Shown here: positions 1 through 8,178 of the stretch, piece after piece
How positions within the stretch are numbered: the stretch's first letter is position 1
Layout: each line of letters starts with the position of its first letter
Assembly (NCBI GenBank): GCA_013360285.1
Contig: JABWCM010000086.1
Location: 1-23,378 of the forward strand
Direction of reading: 5' to 3'
Source of the DNA: Myxococcales bacterium
GTDB taxonomy: Bacteria; Myxococcota_A; UBA9042; JABWCM01
Length of the DNA stretch: 23,378 nt
Notes under the pieces: model-generated
What the model saw: the letters and a program-made list of their open reading frames with translations, nothing else
Told to the model about the DNA's origin: nothing
Database searches by the model: none
Position numbers and translations under genes: made by a program

Positions 1-771
1 AGTGACATGAATTACTACGTACTGAATATCGGCGGCCGTTCGATTCGCAGCCGTGTAGTTGGAAGAACACGCCGGACTATACGCCGCTGAGCTATAATCG
101 GGGGATGCTGGCACACTCGCCCGTGCCGAGTCGATCCGTGCCTTCAATGATGGAACTGGGTGCACGGAAATCGCGATCATAGAGCCGTCTAAAAGTTCAA
201 CTTGTTGCGCATTCGCGATCAATGCAAACACATCCGCCGCGTAACCCTGAGCGGCCGCGCCTTCAATGCCGGAATAGTCGGCGACTGCATCCCAGAAGGC
301 CAACAGGTTTCGCGAATCCGCGGCGGATCCAGCGCGCTGCCTTAACCACGCTGCCGCGGCCATTATATTAGCGTCTACAGACACTGCGACACTGGCCTCC
401 GGAACGCGTGCAAATGCCGCGGCGTCACGTACATGCGCACCACGAGAAATATCGGAACGTAAACCCATCAAACCAATCGTTTCCGGAACCTCTTCAGCGT
501 GTGTCCGACGGCTTGGTGAAAAACCCGATTCAGTATAAGCAATTGCACGTAGAATCTCGACAGGTACACCATGAGTGACCGAAGCGGAAAGAAACGCTGC
601 TTCGAACTCAAGAGCAACCGGTGATTGCGAAATCTGACTGCTAGTTGATGAATTCTGACGTGATGATGGAAGTTCAGGTTCTGAAGTGATTGTCGGATTT
701 GGATTGCTTACGTCGCATGCCTGCCCGATCACCGACCCGGTAAGTAGCAGGGACCAAAGGATCTTTCTCAT
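1..771 (-). CDS. Partial CDS (N-terminal 257 codons; continues beyond the window start): exported peptidoglycan hydrolase with a lytic-transglycosylase (SLT)-like segment followed by an N-acetylmuramoyl-L-alanine amidase (Amidase_2/PGRP)-like segment
   Basis: Manual minus-strand translation from the ATG at 769-771 is open all the way to position 1 with no stop. It is not in the ORF track because it has no stop inside the window. The product begins MRKILWSLLLTGSVIGQAC, which is a signal peptide and may be a lipobox. A GAGGAGG Shine-Dalgarno motif lies 6 nt upstream (complement of 778-784). The motifs AIAYTESGF and GLMGL match the SLT catalytic Glu-Ser and GLMQ motifs. The tail ...NRTAADIQYVVIHVT resembles the start of an Amidase_2 domain. 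Confidence 0.6.
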   Translation of the reverse strand, partial: MRKILWSLLLTGSVIGQACDVSNPNPTITSEPELPSSRQNSSTSSQISQSPVALEFEAAFLSASVTHGVPVEILRAIAYTESGFSPSRRTHAEEVPETIGLMGLRSDISRGAHVRDAAAFARVPEASVAVSVDANIMAAAAWLRQRAGSAADSRNLLAFWDAVADYSGIEGAAAQGYAADVFALIANAQQVELLDGSMIAISVHPVPSLKARIDSARASVPASPDYSSAAYSPACSSNYTAANRTAADIQYVVIHVT

Positions 772-777
772 CCGTGT

Positions 778-784
778 CCTCCTC
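778..784 (-). promoter_or_regulatory. Shine-Dalgarno (GAGGAGG) for the partial cell-wall hydrolase gene
   Basis: The complement of cctcctc at 778-784 is GAGGAGG, placed 6 nt upstream of the ATG at 771. Confidence 0.55.
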
Positions 785-853
785 GTCTTTCCATGTTGTT
801 TTGCGCAATCGTTGGACTCCGGTGCCCCACTCCGAAAGCCTGCGAAGCATAAC

Positions 854-3238
854 CTAATCTCCAGCAAAAATCGCGGTTTTTTTCCGATCCAAAACGCGAA
901 CTACCAGCATCACGACCACCCACAATAGGACACCCCAGCACGAGCGCGACCCGGTACCAACCGGATTGGATCCAGCCTGACAACCGGAAACTTTCGAACG
1001 GGACTGAGTGGCGTCATCATGGTTCGCAGACAATATGTCGCCAACATCGGACGTGTCGCCCAATACGTCTGTAACCGTGGCGGCGTCCCAAGACGTGTCG
1101 GAAAGGATGATGGACGTAGCCACCCGATACCCATCGGGATTTTCCACCATGACTTTCAACCGTCCCTCCAACGACCCACCGGGGAAGGTGGGCCAGGTAT
1201 GCCAATTGCTGTTAGTGGCTTTTACATCCCATGTGCCGTCGTAGTAATCGTCCCACCAAATCTTCCAATCCACTCCGGGCAGGCCGGATTTTGCATCTAC
1301 AACAGCCACACCCGTATTTCCGTTCGAGATTTCGGGGCGCAAGAGTAGTTCCACATCAAAACTCGAAGGTGTGTGCCCCGCTGTCCCAGCATTAAAAAAA
1401 TCGACCACTCCACCGCCAACAGATGACTCGTCTGCAAATAGTAGTTCTGCAAGATCTGCGGTCTCAACAAGAAGAGATTTTAAGTGTATTGCGGCAATTG
1501 TAGGTAAAAGTTGGCGCAACAATATTATGCCACCGGCTACATGAGCTGATGCGGCGCTAGTTCCTCCAAAAATGACCCAATCCCCGGATCGTAATTCTCC
1601 AAATGGGCTCGGGCCGCTTGTCGAAACCAATCTGTCATCTGGTGCAACGACCGTGACCTGCGGTTTGCCATCGATACGAGGTCCTCGGCCGGAAAAAGGC
1701 CGCAATTGCCCAGGAATAGACCCGTCTGGATGCACGAAACGCCCGCCAATCGCCCCGACAGCGACCACGGTGTCGGCCGTAGCGGGCGAGGTTAACGTCG
1801 TGTCACCGTTCCACCATTCGGGTGGGAACATACTCCCTGCATTTGCCCCAGCGCCAGCATTGTCTGCGATCACCCAATGGGTTACCGAAGTCTGAGTAGA
1901 ACCGCTTCCGTGAATACATACGGAGAATTTTTCTGCCTTATCCTGAAATCGTTCAACTGAGGCCGCTACTATCGTGAAAATGTGTGTCGACTTTTCGGTG
2001 GTCGCCAACAGACCCGTAATTGTCATACCGGCTTCCTCGATAGTGATCGCGGAACCATTTGGCGGCACAACAAAATCGCCATCTGCGTCGGAAAAACGAA
2101 TTAGAAACGAAGGATTAAATAATGAATCTAACCAAGTTACAGTAAGATAACGTTCAGTAACAGCCGCATTTTCGACAATAGGCACACAAATCAAATCCCC
2201 ATTACCTACCTCAACTATGGCATGGCGGTTTCCGCGACCGAGATTACCGGTGGGGGCAACAACGACCACATCGGAATCCGACAACTGATCCACCAACAAT
2301 TCCAGAGGCGACGAGCCATCTAGTGGTTCCAATGCCCATCGTGTTAGCCCGATAAGCAACACTCCGATACCCTGCTTTTCCGCCCACAATGCACCGGTAT
2401 ATGCTTCGAACTCGTTGTCTGCCGCGACAAGCACTAGGTCTGCCATCCACGCCGCGCCAACGTGTCGTTTGGGTACGTCTGGACCGATCCCTACCAGATT
2501 TGCCATCGCGGTACCGTGGAATGTTCGCTCCGCGTCGTGGGCCGCCGCCACGGCGAGATTTCGACCACGAAAAAATTCGTACGAACCACGTCGTAATGAA
2601 CGTACTCGGCTGGTTCCAAGTTGAAACAAATGTTCATTTAATGACCCAACACCATCGCCGTTAAGGTCATCTAAAACAAAAACAGGCTCACCGAGCGCCG
2701 GATCCGAATCGGAAAAACCAGCAGCCGCACCACAATCCCGCACGCCGTTTCGATTGCGATCAAGAAACAACCAATCGATAGCAGGTTGAAATTTTCGGTC
2801 AAATGACATCTGTATTAGGTTAACAACATCGGTACCAACGAACCCGTCCGGCACGTGTACCGCAACGTCAAGCCAACTCAACGTCTCCGAGCCAAAACCG
2901 ATGTCGATATCGTCAACGCCAGGGTCCAACACGTTGTTTCCATTTACATCATTCCATGCCCAAACACCGGCGTCGGCCTCAAAAAAACCCGGATTACAGA
3001 GATCAAAGTCTTGGTCAATCAGCCCAATAGTCTGATTCTCTCCCGGTTCCTCAAAACGAGTTGCGCGCAGATAGGCCACAAGCGCATTCAAATCGGATTG
3101 ACTCCAACACACAGGAGTGTGCACTCCGACAATTAACGTCGTCATCAAAAAACCAGCAAAGGCCTTTGCCACACTGCCATGCCTACTTCGATAACAAACC
3201 GGCGATATCCATGTGTCTATTTTTCTGGGGGGAACCAT
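854..3238 (-). CDS. Secreted subtilisin-like serine peptidase (MEROPS S8 family) with a C-terminal beta-rich domain and a C-terminal hydrophobic helix plus basic tail, possibly a sorting or anchor signal
   Basis: The 794-aa ORF has an N-terminal signal-like stretch, KAFAGFLMTTLIVGVHTPVCWSQ. Catalytic motifs appear in canonical order: Asp candidates (IGLIDQDFD and VFVLDDLNGDG), His HGTAMANLVG, oxyanion Asn VVVVAPTGNLG, and Ser GGTSAASAHVAGG. The C-terminus is ...CWGVLLWVVVMLVVRVLDRKKTAIFAGD. The first in-frame Met may not be the true start. Confidence 0.8.
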   Translation of the reverse strand: MVPPRKIDTWISPVCYRSRHGSVAKAFAGFLMTTLIVGVHTPVCWSQSDLNALVAYLRATRFEEPGENQTIGLIDQDFDLCNPGFFEADAGVWAWNDVNGNNVLDPGVDDIDIGFGSETLSWLDVAVHVPDGFVGTDVVNLIQMSFDRKFQPAIDWLFLDRNRNGVRDCGAAAGFSDSDPALGEPVFVLDDLNGDGVGSLNEHLFQLGTSRVRSLRRGSYEFFRGRNLAVAAAHDAERTFHGTAMANLVGIGPDVPKRHVGAAWMADLVLVAADNEFEAYTGALWAEKQGIGVLLIGLTRWALEPLDGSSPLELLVDQLSDSDVVVVAPTGNLGRGNRHAIVEVGNGDLICVPIVENAAVTERYLTVTWLDSLFNPSFLIRFSDADGDFVVPPNGSAITIEEAGMTITGLLATTEKSTHIFTIVAASVERFQDKAEKFSVCIHGSGSTQTSVTHWVIADNAGAGANAGSMFPPEWWNGDTTLTSPATADTVVAVGAIGGRFVHPDGSIPGQLRPFSGRGPRIDGKPQVTVVAPDDRLVSTSGPSPFGELRSGDWVIFGGTSAASAHVAGGIILLRQLLPTIAAIHLKSLLVETADLAELLFADESSVGGGVVDFFNAGTAGHTPSSFDVELLLRPEISNGNTGVAVVDAKSGLPGVDWKIWWDDYYDGTWDVKATNSNWHTWPTFPGGSLEGRLKVMVENPDGYRVATSIILSDTSWDAATVTDVLGDTSDVGDILSANHDDATQSRSKVSGCQAGSNPVGTGSRSCWGVLLWVVVMLVVRVLDRKKTAIFAGD

Positions 3239-3356
3239 TGTTACTTGTCTCTTCGATAAACCAGCATGTAAATGGACATTTGCGAATCAGCTTAGTGTAG
3301 ACTACCAATGAACCCGTTTTCCACGGGCTGGGTCCGCCCACCCACACCAAGGTATT

Positions 3357-3887
3357 ATGATGGTCAACACCTCAACCATGACTTGTCCGGGATGTGAACA
3401 ACCTTTGCAAATGGTCGGTGATCCCGGCAAACGAGTATTTAACTGCGAGTCCTGCGGCGGATTGGCCGTTGTACTTTCGGTGCTCCGAAAAATCGCCCCG
3501 GATGAGCTTGTAAATGAGCTATGGCGTCACACGCGTGCAACCACCGACCCAGGAAGGCGCTGTCCTTCCTGTTCGCAGTCCATGGCCCTTGTTGGTATGG
3601 GTTACGGAAATTCGCTTGAGCTGGACGTTTGCCGTGTCTGCCAAATCGTGTGGTTTGACTTGGGGGAATTGGCTGTGTTTTCGCCGTTACCAAAGCCCGA
3701 TGAACAAAACTGGCAGATGCCTCAAAACGCAAGGATATTGTTGGCACAGGCCAAATTGGATCAAATTCGCCGAGAAGTTACGCGAAACAGAGATCTCGAC
3801 GTCCGAACGGGCAACTACGATCGCGGCACAAACACGGTGCGTGGATTGTGGGATATCTTGTTGGACGTCTTTCGTGGTCTCGACTGA
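3357..3887 (+). CDS. Small tandem zinc-ribbon protein (two zf-TFIIB-like CPxC...CxxC...WFD modules) with a C-terminal helical tail
   Basis: The first module is CPGCEQP...NCESCGG. The second is CPSCSQS...CRVCQIVWFDLGELA, which matches the C-P-x-C...C-x-x-C-x-x-W-F-D pattern of transcription-factor-type zinc ribbons. The gene starts at a double ATG and is convergent with the ABC-2 operon. Confidence 0.5.
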   Translation: MMVNTSTMTCPGCEQPLQMVGDPGKRVFNCESCGGLAVVLSVLRKIAPDELVNELWRHTRATTDPGRRCPSCSQSMALVGMGYGNSLELDVCRVCQIVWFDLGELAVFSPLPKPDEQNWQMPQNARILLAQAKLDQIRREVTRNRDLDVRTGNYDRGTNTVRGLWDILLDVFRGLD

Positions 3888-3911
3888 AGTCTTTTGACTA
3901 CCCGGATTAAG

Positions 3912-4709
3912 TTAGCTGGACGCGGACGAATAACGCGCGAGCGCAAATTCCCATATTTGCCGACTCAAAAACAGAAACACGAATGAAACGACGATACTTA
4001 GCATCCCGTCACCCGCGGAGAGGTTACCGAGCAGGGCAAGGGATGGATACGTCGTCATAAGGCCAACCGGAACAACAAACGTAAACACAAACCGTAATCC
4101 ACCTCGATAAAGATCGACTGGCCACCGGCCCGCGTCCAAAACCGACTCAAGAACATATGAAAGATTATCAATTCGTACAAAAAAAAATGCCAGACTGACA
4201 ACAGCGAGCCAGAGAGAGTAAATGCAAGCCAATCCGGAAGAAAGCAATAAGAATGCCCAGATTACACTTCCAATGCTTGGTGGCTGGGGCAACTGGCCCG
4301 AAGCATAAAACAGGAGCCCGACACCACCCACCACGTGAAACAGCTTGGCCGGCATGGTTTTTGTAGTGGAAATCATCAATTGTGCGTCGACTGGTTTCAG
4401 CAAAGTAAAGTCCAGTGTTCCCATTCGCACCTGCTCCACAACCGATCGCAAATTCGGCTCGACGAAGGTGTCAAGTAGCCCTTTAAGAGTCACAAAAAAG
4501 CCAACTACAAGCAATGATTGATCATATGTCCAGCCCGCCACGCCCACACGGGTGTCAAAGACCACACGCAAAGGTACAACTGTCCACGCCAACCAGAAGA
4601 CGGCCATGATCGCCTCGAGGACGAAATTCGACCTGTACTGCAGAGCCGTCATCCACGCGGCCCGCCATAAAGCCAGAATCGAGCGAACCGCCGAAATAGG
4701 AGATTTCAC
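3912..4709 (-). CDS. ABC-2 family transporter permease (second permease of the exporter)
   Basis: The 265-aa protein is hydrophobic with about six predicted membrane helices. Its start overlaps the upstream permease gene by 4 nt (ATGA translational coupling), and it is the last gene of the ATPase-permease-permease operon. Confidence 0.7.
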   Translation of the reverse strand: MKSPISAVRSILALWRAAWMTALQYRSNFVLEAIMAVFWLAWTVVPLRVVFDTRVGVAGWTYDQSLLVVGFFVTLKGLLDTFVEPNLRSVVEQVRMGTLDFTLLKPVDAQLMISTTKTMPAKLFHVVGGVGLLFYASGQLPQPPSIGSVIWAFLLLSSGLACIYSLWLAVVSLAFFFVRIDNLSYVLESVLDAGRWPVDLYRGGLRFVFTFVVPVGLMTTYPSLALLGNLSAGDGMLSIVVSFVFLFLSRQIWEFALARYSSASS

Positions 4710-5512
4710 GATCCAAACGCCTCATATCGACGAAGTCCCATGCGCCAGACAAAGGACGCCAACAAACCAAGGGTCGTTACCCAAAAAAGCTGCAGCCCAA
4801 GTTCAAAAACAACATTTGACCAAGGTAAGCGGTTGGAGAAAACGTCCACCGGCGTTCCCAGCAAAGCGCGAAATGGAAGCCACCGTGCAACGTCGGCCAT
4901 CGACTCGGGCATTACAGCAAATGGAATCAAATAACCGGAAAACAATGCCCAGATCCCAAACCAAAGGTTGTAAAGTCCCAGAGTCTGCCCAAGCCAGAAC
5001 GCGAAACTTCCAAACAGCCATTGGATGCAGAAATTGCCTAACCACGCGAAAAGCGTTGAAATCAGAGCAATGGGAACGTAAATCGCATCGAAGTTACTGG
5101 CCAGTTCCGGACGCCACCACCAAATCAAAAGCACAATCGGCACCAAAATTACCAATCGAATCGGAATCGCGGCTAGATTTTCAGCGGCAAACCATAGACC
5201 GGGGAACACAGGCCGAAGAAGCGCGGACGACAATCCGCCTGTGCGAATCTGATGGTTCAGCTCCCACACCACCCAGGCGCCGCTGAGTTGGCGAACAATG
5301 AGAGTCGCAGCAAAGTAAAGAGCAAACTTTCCCTGATCGAATCCGCGCACTGGTCCATCCATCGCGACGCGATCCCATACCGCCAGCATGATGAGCGGCA
5401 AAGTTGCACTCAATATCCACAGCACCATTTCCGCCCGATATGCGACCATTGAGGCAGCGCCGACGTTGAGCAAGGCGGGAAATTCGCGAAGCGACCGAAA
5501 AAAATGTTTCAT
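4706..5512 (-). CDS. ABC-2 family transporter permease (first permease of the exporter)
   Basis: The 268-aa protein is a polytopic membrane protein with a Trp-rich hydrophobic composition typical of ABC-2 permeases. It overlaps both the ATPase gene and the downstream permease gene by 4 nt. Confidence 0.7.
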   Translation of the reverse strand: MKHFFRSLREFPALLNVGAASMVAYRAEMVLWILSATLPLIMLAVWDRVAMDGPVRGFDQGKFALYFAATLIVRQLSGAWVVWELNHQIRTGGLSSALLRPVFPGLWFAAENLAAIPIRLVILVPIVLLIWWWRPELASNFDAIYVPIALISTLFAWLGNFCIQWLFGSFAFWLGQTLGLYNLWFGIWALFSGYLIPFAVMPESMADVARWLPFRALLGTPVDVFSNRLPWSNVVFELGLQLFWVTTLGLLASFVWRMGLRRYEAFGS

Positions 5513-6531
5513 TGCCGACCGTTGCGAGTTTCACCTTCGCCGCGTTGGAACAACCGAGCAATAATCGATTCAAGCGAGGCGTCTTCGACGGACAGCTCGA
5601 TGTCGGGAATGTCGACTAGCAGTCGGTTTACAATTGAATTCACAACTGAAGCGTGGACGGACGCAACGGTAGACCCACCCTCGCGAACAAATGGCCCGTA
5701 GGCAGAAAGCGCATCCAAAGTCATTTCGGTATGTGAACGCAGCAGAATCCGTCGATGGGGCGCGATATTTCTCGCCAACGCGCCGAGATCGCCATCATAA
5801 ACAAGTTTTCCCCCATCAATCACAATCACTCGGTTACATAACGCGGCGATATCTTGCATATAGTGACTGGTAAGTAACACGGTTACTCCGTACCGTTGAT
5901 TCCATTCTGCGATGAAGGTTCTAACCGTTGCCTGCATGGTCACGTCCAAACCAATCGTCGGTTCGTCAAGAAACAGCACATCCGGACGATGGAGTAGTGC
6001 TACAGCGAGTTCACACTTCATACGTTCGCCAAGAGACAAGTTCCGGACCGGTCGATCGAGTAGGGCACCCAAATCAAGCAGATCGCGAAGCTGCCCCACA
6101 GTTTCCTGAAACTGCGCGCGCGAAATCGCATACAACGCTCGATTCAGCTCCAGAGACTCGTATGGTGGAAGATCCCACAAAAGTTGCTGCTTTTGGCCCA
6201 TTACAAGGGTGATACGTCGAAGAAAATCCGGATCGCGGTCCGACGGACGAAATCCGCGGACATTGATCTGACCCGACGTCGGGACCAGCAAACCAGACAA
6301 CATTTTCAGGGTGGTTGTTTTCCCGGCCCCGTTGGGACCCAAAAAACCGACGCGTTCACCCGGCTGGATTTCGAACGTAACGTTTTGAACCGCGTGAACC
6401 TGTTGCACTTCACGGGAAAACAATGATCTCAGGCTGCCAACCAGTCCGGGCGGTTTTTGGGGAACGCGGTAGGTCTTACAGAGGTTCTCAACACGTATCA
6501 CATGTTTGTCCACGCAAGTTGGGCAATCCAA
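5509..6531 (-). CDS. ABC transporter ATP-binding protein
   Basis: Motifs present: Walker A GPNGAGKTT, signature LSLGERMK, Walker B VLFLDEPT, H-loop TSHYM. The annotated start is TTG. A GTG giving VIRVENLCKTY... about 10 codons downstream looks like a more typical ABC N-terminus. Confidence 0.85.
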   Translation of the reverse strand: MDCPTCVDKHVIRVENLCKTYRVPQKPPGLVGSLRSLFSREVQQVHAVQNVTFEIQPGERVGFLGPNGAGKTTTLKMLSGLLVPTSGQINVRGFRPSDRDPDFLRRITLVMGQKQQLLWDLPPYESLELNRALYAISRAQFQETVGQLRDLLDLGALLDRPVRNLSLGERMKCELAVALLHRPDVLFLDEPTIGLDVTMQATVRTFIAEWNQRYGVTVLLTSHYMQDIAALCNRVIVIDGGKLVYDGDLGALARNIAPHRRILLRSHTEMTLDALSAYGPFVREGGSTVASVHASVVNSIVNRLLVDIPDIELSVEDASLESIIARLFQRGEGETRNGRQ

Positions 6532-6576
6532 GCACCAGCCTCAACGCCCAAATTCAGCAACCTGCACAAAATTTGA

Positions 6577-7221
6577 TTAGTAAAACTTAATACCGCACCC
6601 AAGTGCCTTGGTTGTCGCCGGATCAATAGTTTTTCCACCAACCAGCGCCAACATTGCATCCCTCAGGTAGGATTTTCTTACGTCCGTGGGTTTGTTTGCG
6701 TTGTCGTCTACGGCTCCGTAATAAACAAGCTTCCAGTCCTTGTCGAACAGAAAAATCTCCGGTGTACGACTTGCACCGAACGCTTTTGCAAGCTTAGAGC
6801 CTTCGTCTACTACGTAGGGAAACTGAAAATCTGCTGCCTTGGCTCGTTCCGCCATTTTTTCCAAACGGTCGTCGGCGTATTTTGCGGGGTCGTTGGGATT
6901 CACAGCGATCGTATGAATTCCTTTGTCTTTAAACTCCCGTGCTATCTCTGCGATCCGGCCTTCCCAAGCCTGCGCCCACGGACAATGATTGCAGGTAAAA
7001 ACCACAAGACTGCCAACTGAACCTTTTATGTCATCCAGGGAAACAGCGTCACCAACGGCAGCTTTCATTTTTTCTGTCCGAAGTGGGGCCGATGCACCGA
7101 TAGTCAGTGCCGCGGGTTTGTCTTCGTCCGCACTGGAGTGCGTAACAAAGGATGTCAACGTTAACAACAACACCACCAACACAGAAAGAATCAAGTGTTT
7201 TTCAACAATCATTATATTCAC
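6577..7221 (-). CDS. Membrane-anchored or secreted thioredoxin-fold thiol:disulfide oxidoreductase (TlpA/ResA/redoxin-like), CxxC = CNHC
   Basis: The 214-aa protein has an N-terminal hydrophobic segment, LILSVLVVLLLTLTSFVTHSSA. It carries the motif VVFTCNHCPWAQAW and has the overall beta-alpha-beta redoxin layout. Confidence 0.75.
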   Translation of the reverse strand: MNIMIVEKHLILSVLVVLLLTLTSFVTHSSADEDKPAALTIGASAPLRTEKMKAAVGDAVSLDDIKGSVGSLVVFTCNHCPWAQAWEGRIAEIAREFKDKGIHTIAVNPNDPAKYADDRLEKMAERAKAADFQFPYVVDEGSKLAKAFGASRTPEIFLFDKDWKLVYYGAVDDNANKPTDVRKSYLRDAMLALVGGKTIDPATTKALGCGIKFY

Positions 7222-7242
7222 TTGTTGTGCTCCTAAGTTAGT

Positions 7243-7854
7243 TTACTTGAACACGCTGGTCCGAATAAGATCCTGAAATTGGGTACTGGACAATTTTCCC
7301 TCACTCATGCCAAGTAATCGACCGTTGCCGTCGAAAACCAGAGTCGTAGGAAGCAATCCAGACCAGCGGGGGCTGATCCCTTCAGCGAAATTCTGGTCAT
7401 CTTCGCAATTTACGTACGCTGGCCCATGGTAACCCAGATTATGCAATAATGCCGCTGCTTTATCCCAATGTTCGTCAAAGTCCATCGACACAAATATCAA
7501 CGCGATTTGTTTTTTCTCGAACTCCGACGTCTGGGCAATCAACTCCGGGAGTTCTTCGACACATGGCTCGCAATATATCGACCACAGGTTCACTGCCACG
7601 GCGGTCGCTTTCATATCAACAATAATATTCAGCAGTTGCGACGCCGTGACCGGAACAGGGTGACTTTTTTCGAAATGATACGCAACAACCTGGGTGGGTT
7701 GTTCGATAGCGGAGTCAATCGGTGCGCATTGCGCTGTTCCAATCAAGAAAACCAAGGAGACCCATAATGAAGCAGCCCTCAGAATCACAAAGTCCTCATG
7801 TAACGCGCCAACAAACACCTTTCTTATCCTCACTGAAGACGGCTCAGAAATCAA
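7243..7854 (-). CDS. Second TlpA-like thioredoxin-fold protein, CxxC = CEPC
   Basis: It carries the motif VNLWSIYCEPCVEELPEL. The N-terminal signal-like stretch is ASLWVSLVFLIGTAQCAP. The annotated start is TTG at 7854, and a GTG at the VILRAAS... position is a plausible alternative start. Confidence 0.7.
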   Translation of the reverse strand: MISEPSSVRIRKVFVGALHEDFVILRAASLWVSLVFLIGTAQCAPIDSAIEQPTQVVAYHFEKSHPVPVTASQLLNIIVDMKATAVAVNLWSIYCEPCVEELPELIAQTSEFEKKQIALIFVSMDFDEHWDKAAALLHNLGYHGPAYVNCEDDQNFAEGISPRWSGLLPTTLVFDGNGRLLGMSEGKLSSTQFQDLIRTSVFK

Positions 7855-8167
7855 CCGATTGTGCCTCTGATTCCACTTTTGTTATCACGCGATCAGGCAC
7901 CCAAATAAACCGGTCTCCCGTCCCAACGGAGCAAAGTACACGCACTGGTTGTCTCAATTATGGGCTCTGCTATATGTGTGCGTTTATCGCGATTCAGAAC
8001 AATATCTCACAAAGTGAAGTCTCTCAAACGTCAAGATCTACCAGAATCCGCATTAAGGAAGCCAAGTCGGATGTAGATATGCGATCATTTTGTCACATTT
8101 TATCCGGGCGTGAACTGAGTTACAGTAACCAGGTTTTTTTGAGATACGTGCGGAATCGGACACTCAT

Positions 8168-8173
8168 GAGAGG
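8168..8173 (+). promoter_or_regulatory. Shine-Dalgarno (GAGAGG) for the yqiJ-like gene
   Basis: GAGAGG lies 5 nt upstream of the ATG at 8179. Confidence 0.45.
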
Positions 8174-8178
8174 ACCCC

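Noticed and set aside
686-1348. Small ORFs on both strands (686-928 plus, 768-983 minus, 910-1134 minus, 1019-1348 plus)
   Set aside because: They overlap the S8 peptidase 3' end or the strongly supported partial hydrolase gene (771 to 1, minus) in other frames. The region 772-853 is better explained as the peptidase/hydrolase intergenic spacer carrying the GAGGAGG site.
3888-3911. Possible terminator between the convergent zinc-ribbon and permease genes (agtcttttgact)
   Set aside because: The stem is only 4 bp with a TTTT loop, which is too weak to call. Convergent genes separated by only 24 nt may share overlapping 3' UTRs instead.
4552-5286. 244-aa plus-strand ORF, K/R/T-rich, lying inside the two ABC-2 permease genes
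   Set aside because: It lies entirely antisense to two well-supported, translationally coupled membrane-protein genes. Its basic low-complexity composition is typical of the mirror frame of hydrophobic coding sequence.
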